A DNA stretch of 33,852 nt from NCBI RefSeq assembly GCF_001194135.2, contig NC_068981.1:115245804-115279655 (forward strand), given 5' to 3'. Below, piece by piece: positions 1-9,252 of this stretch (positions are counted from its first letter, which is position 1; each line of letters starts with the position of its first letter). A model generated the notes under the pieces. The model saw nothing but the letters and a program-made list of their open reading frames with translations. It had not been told where the DNA came from and made no database searches. This DNA is from Octopus bimaculoides. Lineage: Eukaryota. A program made the position numbers and the translations under genes.

Positions 1-35
1 CCTCCTCCTCCTCCTCCTCCCCTTCTTCTTCTTCT
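1..35. repeat. (CCT)n/(CTT)n trinucleotide microsatellite
   Basis: Direct reading: cctcctcctc...ttcttcttcttc; may be the 3' tail of the minus-strand LINE at 265-1009. Confidence 0.9.
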
Positions 36-264
36 TTTCATGAGCGTCTTCTTTCAATTGTTTCCATTTCTTGCCGAGTGTCTTCCTGACACCTAGGGCA
101 GAGAAACGTACTGTATACATTGGTAGGCCATTAAAACGAACACACCAGATTGTTCATTTACAGTCATGTGATAGAGAAAAAGGGGAAGACAGAGAGAAAA
201 AGGAAAGAATAAAAATAGAAAAGTAAACATATAAAATAAAGGGGGAAAAGGAAAGAAAATTTAC

Positions 265-1009
265 AGCGACAATGTTCTTTACAATACGTTTGGCGTACCA
301 GTTAAGACTTCCTGCATGGATGGTAAGTCAGGGATCATACTTAAATAATTTTCAATTCCTTTTTGATCATCCCAAGTGTTCCTACAATCATTGGTGTTGT
401 AACCGTCTTGAGATGTCACATCTTTTCGATTTTGATTGGCAGATCTTTATATTTTCTGAGGTTATCAAATTCTTTTGCCGAGATATTGTGGTCACAGGGT
501 ATGCTCATGTCAATCAATAAACAAACTATATTGCTTTTGTCTTTCACAACAATATCTGGTTTATTTGCCTTGATGTTCCGATCTGTACATACTGGGAAGT
601 CCCCAAGAATGGTTATATTTTCTCCCTCAGTTACAGCCTGAGGGTGGTGTTTGTACCATTTGTCAGTAGTTTTGATTATATAATGCCGACACATTATCCA
701 ATTGGCCAACTCTGTCATGTCTTAATTTGTACTCTACAGGTGCTAAAACCTTACGTCCAGAGATTAAGTGGTCGACTGTTTCTATCCGATCGTTGCAGTG
801 TCGGCACTTTGAGTCTACACCATCTCACTGACTTGATAGTTCCAGGTTAATAAGCTCCATTCTCTGCCTTTAGCCCTGGGCTCCGTAGCCACTGATGGGT
901 GTGCTTCTGGTCTACGTCATTTTGTTTGCTACGGGCCACATATTTGCCATGCAGAGGTTTTTGTTCCCACCTATCAGCCAACTGTTTAAGCGCATTTTGC
1001 TTTGCTATT
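265..1009 (-). mobile_element. 5'-truncated, degraded RLE-type non-LTR retrotransposon (R4/Dong-like), C-terminal region, copy A
   Basis: Manual minus-strand translation across frameshifts: AKQNALKQLADRWEQKPLHGKY..VDQKHTHQWLRSPGLKAE, zinc knuckle CRHCNDRIETVDHLISG(R)..YKLRHD, ORF 416-718 NKPDIVVKDK..LIDMSIPCDHNISAKEFDNLRKYKDL (PD..D..K RLE motif), then M*HLKTVTTPMIVGTLGMIKK. In-frame stop and frameshifts indicate a dead copy. Confidence 0.88.
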
Positions 1010-1295
1010 GTGTGCGGTGCCGAGTAGTGCTATTTTCTGTATGTTATATATATACTTGTAAACCGGGGTGTTTTTCTGATGTATTTGTCTGAATCTTTCT
1101 TTTTTTTATCATACCTAATGCGCCTACTATGATAGGAATTGTTTCTGTATTTAGGCTCCGCATTCGAGTTACCTCTATTTCCAGATCTTTGTATTTTGAA
1201 AGTTTCTCCGTTTCTTTTAGAGAAACATTGTCATCTGTTGATACTGATATATCGATTAGAAAGCATTTCTTTTCTTGATGATTTCTGAAAACTAT
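1010..1295 (-). mobile_element. Short RLE-type (R4/Dong-like) LINE C-terminal fragment, copy B (diverged from copy A)
   Basis: ORF 1044-1313: IVFRNHQEKKCFLIDISVSTDDNVSLKETEKLSKYKDLEIEVTRM..TIPIIVGALGMIKK; shifted frame gives NIQKIALLGTAH, the typical end of these ORFs. Confidence 0.88.
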
Positions 1296-2214
1296 ATGAA
1301 GAAGCCATTCCAATAATCATATTTCTAACTTCCAAAACCCATTTTCTTTTTAAGCGGAGTTCACTTATTGTGGAAAGATTACGATCGTCTCACAAATTGT
1401 TGTATTCATAACTTCCAGAGTGGATATCGAAATCGCATTGATGTCCATGAATACTGAAGGCTCAATAACTTAAGGATATTAAATCTAGACATCTGTGAAT
1501 AACAATGTTGCATATAATGTGAAATAATCAAGGAATACCGAATCCATTTTCATAAAAAAAGCAACAATAAAAGAATGTTTTAAAAATACAGGTTACCTCT
1601 TTACTCTCCTCATCATAAGAGTGTGAATGACCTGGAAAATAATTAATGACAATGGAAAACCGTATTGGATTATGTTGAACAGGTTAAAGCTGTTTTCCTT
1701 TATATTCCAGTGGATCATCTTTTGGGAATCCAGTGAAAATGAGTGCTGTCCCTTCTCTCACATTGCTGTTTTATCTACGGGGTCTGAAAATCTTTTTTTG
1801 TTGGTATTTTGCATGAAATAGATGTGTGATTATGTTGAGTCATTAACCACTGTTGGTATAGTATCTACATAGAGGGTACCACATGTTAACACTTTCTTGG
1901 TTATTCTGCTATTTTAACCGTGGGAATAGAAATCTTGGCATTGGTTGAGACAGTTTATATTTCTCCTTGGTAGTATGTGTTTCTTCTGGTTATAAAAGAA
2001 ACAAAATCTGTTTACACAACAAATCTGGAGGGAACAAAATAAATGTCAATGTCAGAGGTTGGCACAAGCTCATCCAATGACACCGTTTTCGGTAACATGA
2101 GAACCATTAGTAATAGTAAATGAAAACTCACGAACGTAGACACTGAAAAGGACATGGAACTTTATGTGAAATGTTCATATTTCTATTTGCTGGCATGACA
2201 ATATTTTAATGTCA

Positions 2215-2256
2215 GTGTGTGTGTGTGTGTGCATGCGCGCGCGTGTACGTGCATGT
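2215..2256. repeat. (GT)n/(GC)n dinucleotide microsatellite
   Basis: Direct reading. Confidence 0.85.
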
Positions 2257-2299
2257 AGTTATATTTCGTTTAAATACACTGGAATACAACAAAATTTAT

Positions 2300-2433
2300 A
2301 TTATTTACATTATTTACATTTGACGGATATTTGTCCTCATTTTGTTTGTTTCGGCTGATATACTCTCCAGCCATCTTCAGGTGTCTTGGGGGAAATTTCG
2401 AACCTGGGTTCTCATTCCTAAGGTATTTTTCGA

Positions 2434-2487
<54 letters not shown>

Positions 2488-2529
2488 GGTCATAGCCTGG
2501 AATCGAACTCGAAATCTTGGGGTTAGTAT
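2300..2529 (-). mobile_element. SINE-like repeat: partial tRNA-like head (B box), (AAT)n spacer, hammerhead-like motif with cleavage site deleted; left copy
   Basis: Minus strand reads tactaaccccaagatttcgaGTTCGATTCCaggc..(aat)n..gacac CTGAAGA t ggctg-gagagtatat-cagcc GAAAC aaacaaa; reverse-complement homologous to 2554-2806. Confidence 0.7.
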
Positions 2530-2553
2530 CTAATATTTTCCTATCTTTCCTTA

Positions 2554-2589
2554 ATTCCGAGTTCTATTCCAGGCAGTGGCCTGAATAAT

Positions 2590-2625
<36 letters not shown>

Positions 2626-2806
2626 AATATCGAAAAATACCTTAGGTTCGACTCAGGTTCGAAATTTCCCCAGAACACCCGAAGAAGGCTGGAGAGTATA
2701 TCAGCTGAAACGTTGTATTAACAACAAACAAGATGAGGACAAATATCCGTAAAATGTAAATAATGTAAATAATGTACATAATTCCTCATCTCTCAAATAT
2801 AGAACT
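2554..2806 (+). mobile_element. Same SINE-like repeat, right copy, inverted relative to the left copy
   Basis: attccgagttctattccaggc..(aat)(aac)n..atcgaaaaataccttagg..ggttcgaaatttcccc..ggctggagagtatatcagctgaaacgttgtatt..gatgaggacaaatatccgt..aatgtaaataatgtaaataat aligns with the reverse complement of 2300-2515. Confidence 0.7.
2674..2719 (+). ncRNA. Minimal type I hammerhead-ribozyme-like motif (degenerate)
   Basis: Helix I aacac/gtatt (1 mismatch), core CCGAAGA + extra A, helix II ggctg/cagct, GAA, palindromic helix III acgt, cleavage nucleotide U. Folded by hand. Confidence 0.5.
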
Positions 2807-3009
2807 GAAAAAAATTTATATACTATTTATTTATACAGAAACCTCTTAATCGACTCGTATTTTTACTGTTACCTTATTGTATCTACGCCATTATACTAAT
2901 CTCAGCGGGAATTCAATTCAAAATTTAAAAGACTTTTAAAAGTGTACAGTATTTTGTCAGGCATGCAAAGCATTTTGCTATTCCACGCTCTTATGCTACG
3001 AGTTGTTCA

Positions 3010-4174
3010 TTGGTGTTGCAGTGCTTGGATCCCATTAGTGAAGAGGCTTCCATCCTATTGGTTAAAAAAAAAAAAAGTCGTCGACAGTAGATATGATGTC
3101 ATCATCATTGCGATACTAGCTCTCAGCCAAGTGTTTATTCATGTTCAGGAACAGATGATAACCAGATGGGGCCAAATCAGGAGAATAGAGGGAGGGGCAG
3201 TGATCAACCAATTCAAAACCACATCACGGTCAGCGGCCATTGAAACTAACGACTTGTGTGCTGGAACATTGTCTTAATGAAACAAGACCCTTTCCGTTAG
3301 ATATTCTGAGTGTTTGGTCTTGACAGCTTTCGTAACTGCCTCAGCAGGTTGGCATAGTACTCTCCAATGATAGCGTGTCTCTTTTCAAGGTAGTCAATAA
3401 ACACAATTCCTTTTGCATCCCAAAAAGCTGAGGCTACTCCCTTTCCTGCAGAGGAAGCGACCTTGGCCTTCTTTGGAGCAGGCGAGGAGGGGTGTTTCCA
3501 CTGCATGAATTGTTTTTTTGTCTCTGGCCCAAAGTGATGTACCCAACCTCATCCTGGGTGAGGAAACCACCTGGATCTGTCTCAAATAATGTTAGATTTT
3601 CTTGTGATGTGGTCAGCCTGGTGCGCTTTTGATCAGGTGTCAGAAGACATGGTACCCACCAAACAGAAACCTTCGTCATGTCAAGGTCATTGTGCAGAAT
3701 ATTCTCAACTATCTCAGGGGATACGCTAATAGCATTGTCTATTTGCTTTACTGTCATCCATCAGCATGTGGTGAACACGATCAATGTTTTCCTTGCTGGT
3801 GACAGTTGCAGGATGTCCAGACGTTGGGTTATCTTAAAAATTCTCCCTCCCGCTTCTAAATCCTGCTGCTCACATTTGTACAGTTTATAAAACTGGAGGG
3901 TCGTCTCTTAAGGAAGCAACCATATCAGAGTGAATGTCCTTGGCGAGGCTAAACCCTTCTTCTGCAGGCACTTGATGACAACCATGATGCCAAATTTTGT
4001 CCATTTTCAAGAGAAGAGGCTACTAGTTACTTCTGAAATCTTTGAACAGTCAGATGTCAGTTTACCTGGATAGAATCAATGCAATTATTAAGAATTGAAA
4101 TTAATGCATGCAAGATTTCACAACTCTAGCATCACCCCTTCATAGTCAGCCTGTGAACTTTACAGCCTACCCTC
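3010..4174 (-). mobile_element. Degraded mariner DNA transposon (irritans/Hsmar2-like), 3' end apparently truncated
   Basis: Start near 4004 (MDKIWHH..), ORFs 3434-3757 and 3297-3506 (QWKHPSSPAPKKAKVASSAGK..FWDAKGIVFIDYLEK), then DNVPAHKS.. and YSPDLAPSGYHLF after a frameshift. Mariner-like terminus TA-GAGGGTAGGCTGTAAAGTT at 4174; no matching second TIR seen. Confidence 0.88.
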
Positions 4175-4182
4175 TATGTATG

Positions 4183-4213
<31 letters not shown>

Positions 4214-4227
4214 TATATGTATATATA
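4175..4227. repeat. (TATG)n/(TA)n microsatellite running into an assembly gap
   Basis: Direct reading. Confidence 0.9.
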
Positions 4228-4594
4228 NNNNNNNNNNNNNNNNNNNNNNNNNNNNNNNNNNNNNNNNNNNNNNNNNNNNNNNNNNNNNNNNNNNNNNNNN
4301 NNNNNNNNNNNNNNNNNNNNNNNNNNNNNNNNNNNNNNNNNNNNNNNNNNNNNNNNNNNNNNNNNNNNNNNNNNNNNNNNNNNNNNNNNNNNNNNNNNNN
4401 NNNNNNNNNNNNNNNNNNNNNNNNNNNNNNNNNNNNNNNNNNNNNNNNNNNNNNNNNNNNNNNNNNNNNNNNNNNNNNNNNNNNNNNNNNNNNNNNNNNN
4501 NNNNNNNNNNNNNNNNNNNNNNNNNNNNNNNNNNNNNNNNNNNNNNNNNNNNNNNNNNNNNNNNNNNNNNNNNNNNNNNNNNNNNNNATATATA

Positions 4595-5575
4595 TAGGAT
4601 GTCCCAAAGTCACTGAGGGGTTTTAATGTTTAATAACTCCCTTATTTTTAGAAATAAGCGTAGGAAATTTTATTCATATGTAGATGAAATAATGGAGATT
4701 AATTTGCATTAGTCCTTTTTCATCATACCCCTGCATTATATATGAAAAATGACATCTTGTAAATGACGTCCATTTTCAGCCTGACACATCCGTGCCCTTT
4801 CCAAAATATGTTCCATGACAGCTGTAAGGGTTTCAGGGTCCAGTTCCCTGATTTCTCTAGTGATATCGTCCTTTAATTGCTCCAGGATTTCTGGTTTGTG
4901 GACATTAACCCTCTGCTTGAGTTACCTCCACAAGAAAAAGTCAGGGCTAGTCAAGTCTGGGAAACGCGATGGCCAGTTGACATCGCAGTAGCGGGAGATG
5001 ATTTTTTCCCCTCCAAAACATTGCCTCAGCAACTGTATTGTGTCTCTTGCCGTATGAGAAGTTGCCCCATCTTGTCGGAACCACATTTCGGGCCTCTTTC
5101 GAATGGTCGAGTGCAAAAAGTTCTCATCGATTTGTATCGTTCACCAGTCACAGTGGCAGCATTCCCATCGTCGTCTTCAAAGAAATAAGGCCCGATTATC
5201 TCATCTGCCGTAATTGCACACCGTACCTCACACTTTATGGGGTGAAATTCTCTTTGGTGTACTGCTCTCAGATTCTCAGAGCCCCAAAATCGTCAATTTT
5301 GTCTGTTGATGAACCAATTTAAATGAAAGTGAGCTTCATCAGACATGATCAATTTTTGTGTTAAAATGTGGATCATTTCGTGCTAATTCCTGGATTCTGA
5401 CCTCGTATTGAAGCCTGTCTTCATAGTCCTGCGGCTTCAGCTGTTCAACCAACTGTACTTTGTATTGAACCAGCTGTACCTTTGCAGCGAAGTTCGTGAA
5501 ATCTCAAGCTGTCTGGACCGCCTTCAAGTTGATTTGCCCGGATTCTGTTCAATACTTACTCGCACTCATTTGAAC
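4595..5575 (-). mobile_element. Degraded Tc1/mariner-superfamily transposon of DD41D (rosa/VS) type; 3' TIR present, 5' end missing
   Basis: Minus strand: YKVQLVEQLKPQDY..IMSDEAHFHLNWFINRQN*RFWGSEN..IGPYFFED..; ORF 4922-5116 WFRQDGATSHTA..WPSRFPDLTSPDFFLW (42 residues between the last two D, one more than DD41D). Terminus (TA)TAGGATGTCCCAAAGTCACTGAGG at about 4595. Confidence 0.8.
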
Positions 5576-5689
5576 GCTAGTTGGACGTGAATGAGAGACA
5601 GAAAAATCACGTCTTCTCTATAGGAAGGCAGCGAATAAAAAGAAAGAATCCCTTTCATCACGTGTCAGCGACGAGAGGGTCAAGGAGGA

Positions 5690-6245
5690 AGAGTGAGAGA
5701 GAGAAAAAGGGAACGGTGAAAGAAAGAGAAGAATAGGGAAAGAGTGGGAGAGGAAAACAGAAAAGATGAAGAACAAGAGAGGGAGAGAGATAGACAAGGA
5801 AGTGATAGTAATAGTAGTAGAGTGCGCATAGTAACTATTAAGATAAAACTTACTTGGAAAAGGATGCGTGGCGTTCGATCATATAATAATATAAATAATA
5901 TATAAATATATGCATATATCCATACATATATGTACATACCTACATCTATATGTATACGTACATGTATATATGGGTACAGGACATCACAAAAAAACGTTAA
6001 ACGCAATGAGAAATGAAAACATAAAGACGAAGACAGAAAACGAACTTCTTTTTGGAACAATGAAAAAAACAAAACAAAACAAACAAACAGAGAAACGAGA
6101 CATGCAACATAAAGAATATATATATATTGCTGCAATAAAGTATCTTCAATGCATTGATTTTGAGCTCTATCCTTTAAGAGACATGTATATATATATATAT
6201 TTATATATATATTTATATATATATATTTATATATATATATATACA
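5690..6245. repeat. Low-complexity purine-rich and (TA)n-rich tract
   Basis: GA/GAA-rich 5690-5820, then TA/TATG/AAAC runs; source of spurious ORFs 5680-6246 and 5910-6284. Confidence 0.75.
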
Positions 6246-6311
6246 ATTGCAGCGTGGAAGGTGTTTATAAGCCATTTAAAATAACACACAAAATCCGTTA
6301 GATTCACTTCA

Positions 6312-6460
6312 ACATTTAAATTTAATTTGTCAAAATATTTTCGTCGCTTTGAGACCGCGACCTGTTCACTGACAAAGTTCTGTGCTGCACAGAACTTTGT
6401 CAGTGAACAGGTCGCGGTTTCAAAGCGACGAAAATATTTTGACAAATTAAATTTAAATGT
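6312..6460. repeat. Near-perfect 149-bp palindrome (74-bp arms, 1-nt loop, one mismatch)
   Basis: Arms 6312-6385 and 6387-6460 are reverse complements except G6353/T6419; centre T6386. Confidence 0.95.
6396..6446 (+). ncRNA. Minimal type I hammerhead-like motif with swapped G3:C8 core (mirror copy at 6326-6376, minus strand)
   Basis: Helix I tttgtca/tgacaaa (7 bp), core GTGAACA + G, helix II gtcgc/gcgac (9-nt loop), GAA, palindromic helix III aatatt, cleavage nucleotide U6439. Folded by hand. Confidence 0.5.
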
Positions 6461-6555
6461 GTGTGTGTGCGCACACGCACACACACACAGACACACATAC
6501 AGACACACACAGACCCGCACACACACATATATATAGAGAGAGAGAAAGAGAGAGT
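6459..6555. repeat. Compound (GT)n/(CA)n/(TA)n/(AG)n microsatellite
   Basis: Direct reading. Confidence 0.9.
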
Positions 6556-6949
6556 ATACTGTGCATGGAATTAGTTGTACGACTGCTACTGTTGAGTTAA
6601 TCCGCATAGATTATCATCATCCAGTCTACTTCTAGTAGAGTACTTCTGTTACTATAATATACTTAGAGGCATTACCGGTTATGATATACAGAGCAATACG
6701 GTTCCCAACAACCACAGTGGTGAAACCTATGTAGAGAGCTGATGATATAAACTGGTGTAGGTATGAATGTGTATGAATTTATAAAAATTATTCTACTTTA
6801 GTTTCGCCTAGCGGCTGGTCGTGACTGTCCTTTGCATTGTCATTTATTTTCATTTAACAAGTATATCTTACAACTGTATCCCAAATATTGAGTCGCATAT
6901 CAAGTAATATTTGCCTTAATGTTAGATATGTGCTTTACAATTCTTACAT

Positions 6950-7155
6950 GACACACACACAAACACACACACACACACAAACACACACACCGTGTATGTA
7001 TTTTGAGAGTATGCGTACATATGTAACTGTGTATGCGTTCACATGCAAACAAACACGCTTATCTATATACACTTCGATAAGTGTGTATGTGAGTGCGCGC
7101 GCCCATATGCAAACGCAGACACACATTCGCGCCCATATATATACTGATATATATA
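6950..7155. repeat. Degenerate (CA)n/(TG)n/(TA)n tract ending at a gap
   Basis: Direct reading. Confidence 0.75.
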
Positions 7156-7696
7156 NNNNNNNNNNNNNNNNNNNNNNNNNNNNNNNNNNNNNNNNNNNNN
7201 NNNNNNNNNNNNNNNNNNNNNNNNNNNNNNNNNNNNNNNNNNNNNNNNNNNNNNNNNNNNNNNNNNNNNNNNNNNNNNNNNNNNNNNNNNNNNNNNNNNN
7301 NNNNNNNNNNNNNNNNNNNNNNNNNNNNNNNNNNNNNNNNNNNNNNNNNNNNNNNNNNNNNNATATATATCAGTAATAAGAATGTAAGGCTTGCCCTCTG
7401 CACTCCAGTTCTTTGCTGACATAGTTTTAATTTTATCAGTGAAAATGCGAGATAACCCAGTTTCATATTGAAGAAGCGAGTTAACCACCACTTCTGAATG
7501 AAGAAGGGCGTCACACATTAACGGATTGTAAGTGACTTAATCACCTTTAACATGCTTTCCTTCTCCAAGGGATGCTGGTACTAGTGAATTATATTTTAGC
7601 ACTTTTTAGTAAGGGGAATTTACCATCTCTTTCATGTGTAGGGTGATGCCAGGCGTCGACGTTTTCGGTACTTGTTACTGTAGCAATCCACACTTT

Positions 7697-7915
7697 ATTG
7701 TTGTTGTTGCTGTTGTTATTATTATTTAGCCCCAGATAAGACTTAATCAAGTAGGACTCATGACCAAACATATTTTAGTCTCCATCGGTCAGACATTTTT
7801 CTACGCCGAGGACTACATTATTCGATGTGAAATTCCTTTGTTAAATGTAGTAAGATGTGGTAAGGTGTTTGCGGGAGAAAAATATTGCTGCTGTTTCTAG
7901 CATGTCTAACAACTC
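7697..7915 (-). mobile_element. Old SINE-like repeat ending in an (AAT/AAC)n tail
   Basis: Reverse complement gctagaaacagcagcaat..aaaggaatttcacatcgaataatgtagtc..ggggctaaataataataacaacagc aligns block-wise with 16005-16180 and 16235-16420. Confidence 0.5.
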
Positions 7916-8003
7916 AATAAAGGCTTCACCATTGTTTTATGTTGACGAAAACAAGCTTACAACTTTTCGAATCAATTATCGCAGACGCTGCATCCTCATC
8001 TCA

Positions 8004-8052
8004 AGATGATGTTCATGATGATGGTGGTGGTGATGATGATGATGATGATGGT
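8004..8052. repeat. (GAT)n/(GGT)n microsatellite
   Basis: Direct reading. Confidence 0.85.
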
Positions 8053-8532
8053 TGAGAACTTTAGAAATAGAAAAAAAATCAGTGGAAAAAGTCAAAATAT
8101 AGCGGGGTGTGGGCAGGGAAGAATATATAGATACCCATCATTGCAGGCTGTTTAAATCCCAGGTATACATGATTTAACAGACCTCAGAACCAAGTTATGA
8201 CTATCCTGTATTCGGTTGTAAGACATTTATAAAATTAACCAATGAGTATTTTTTTTTAACGACAATGAATAAAAAGAGTTTTGAGAAAGGTATGGCTGGT
8301 ATTTCTATCATTTCGAGTGACCGCATAAAGACCCATTCGTTGGCTTGACCGTGTTTCACAGAACTGATCTGAATCAACGAGCACGAGACCAGAATTTAAG
8401 GCTTCACATCTAATAATAATGGGCGGCTTTGATAACAATTGAATTGTTCATGTACAGCTTGTACAGTCGTTGTTTATAGAACCTACAAATTCGATTAATG
8501 TTGTTCAGAAGTTATATTAATCTAAGTATTAG

Positions 8533-8750
8533 GGCGGCGAGATGGTAGAATCGTTAGCACACCGGGCGAAATGTTTAGTAGTACTTCGTCTGCTGCTACG
8601 TTCTGAGTTCAAATTCCGCCGAGATCGATTTTGCCTTTCATCCTTACGGGGTCGATGAAATAAGTACCAATTACACACTGGGGTCGATGTAATTGACTAT
8701 CCGCCTTCCCCTCAAACAGTTTCAAGGCCTTGTGCCTAGTTATATTAATT
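8533..8750 (+). mobile_element. tRNA-derived SINE, family 1
   Basis: Head ggcggcgagatggtagaatcgttagc (A box), gagttcaaattcc (B box), body gcctttcatcc..ggggtcgat..taagtacc..ctggggtcgatgtaat; homologous to 9038-9252 and 22225-22417. Confidence 0.85.
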
Positions 8751-8904
8751 TAAGTATTTATTTATTTGTTTTAATTTATGACCATTTATGACCAATAACA
8801 GCGTATGTCAAACGTTTCCAAAAGTCACTAATTCACTTCATTTTTGTTTATAATATAACCTGATCCCTGAACCAGTGGTTATTCAGTTCCTTCATGTCTT
8901 TCTA

Positions 8905-8937
8905 TACACACACAAACGCACAATCTCACGCACACGC

Positions 8938-8970
<33 letters not shown>
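8905..8970. repeat. (CA)n/(CACG)n microsatellite
   Basis: Direct reading. Confidence 0.9.
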
Positions 8971-9037
8971 TTTGTTTCACGAACGTTCGGGTCTTCCAAG
9001 TGTAGCCATTTGGGTTACATTATATTGCTAATTTTAA

Positions 9038-9252
9038 GGCGGCGAGCTGGCAGAATCGTTAGCGCACCGGGAAAATTGCTTAGCAGTATTTCGCTTATCG
9101 CAACGCTGTGAGTTCAAATTCCGCCGAAGTCGACTTTGCCTTTCATCCTTTCGGGATCGATAAATTAAGTTCCAGTAAAATACTGGGGTCGATGTAATCG
9201 ATTATCCCCATCCCCCAAATTTCAGGCCTTGTACCTATAGTAGAAAGGATTA
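9038..9252 (+). mobile_element. tRNA-derived SINE, family 1
   Basis: ggcggcgagctggcagaatcgttagc..gagttcaaattccgccgaagtcgactttgcctttcatcctttcggg..; collinear with 8533-8750. Confidence 0.88.

Noticed and set aside
1597-1631. Possible 35-nt minus-strand micro-exon (ttttccag|..GHSHSYDEESKE..|gtaacc)
   Set aside because: Too short to identify, donor is only moderate, and no neighbouring exons support a gene.
5680-6284. Long ORFs 5680-6246 (-) and 5910-6284 (+)
   Set aside because: Products of TA/GA low-complexity sequence.
6715-6765. GAAA..TGTA..CTGATGA arrangement resembling a type II hammerhead
   Set aside because: Only 5 nt (gagag) are available for helix I and helix II strands do not pair.
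8533-9252. True tRNA genes at the SINE heads
   Set aside because: A and B boxes are present but there is no cloverleaf; heads continue into a shared SINE body in several diverged copies.
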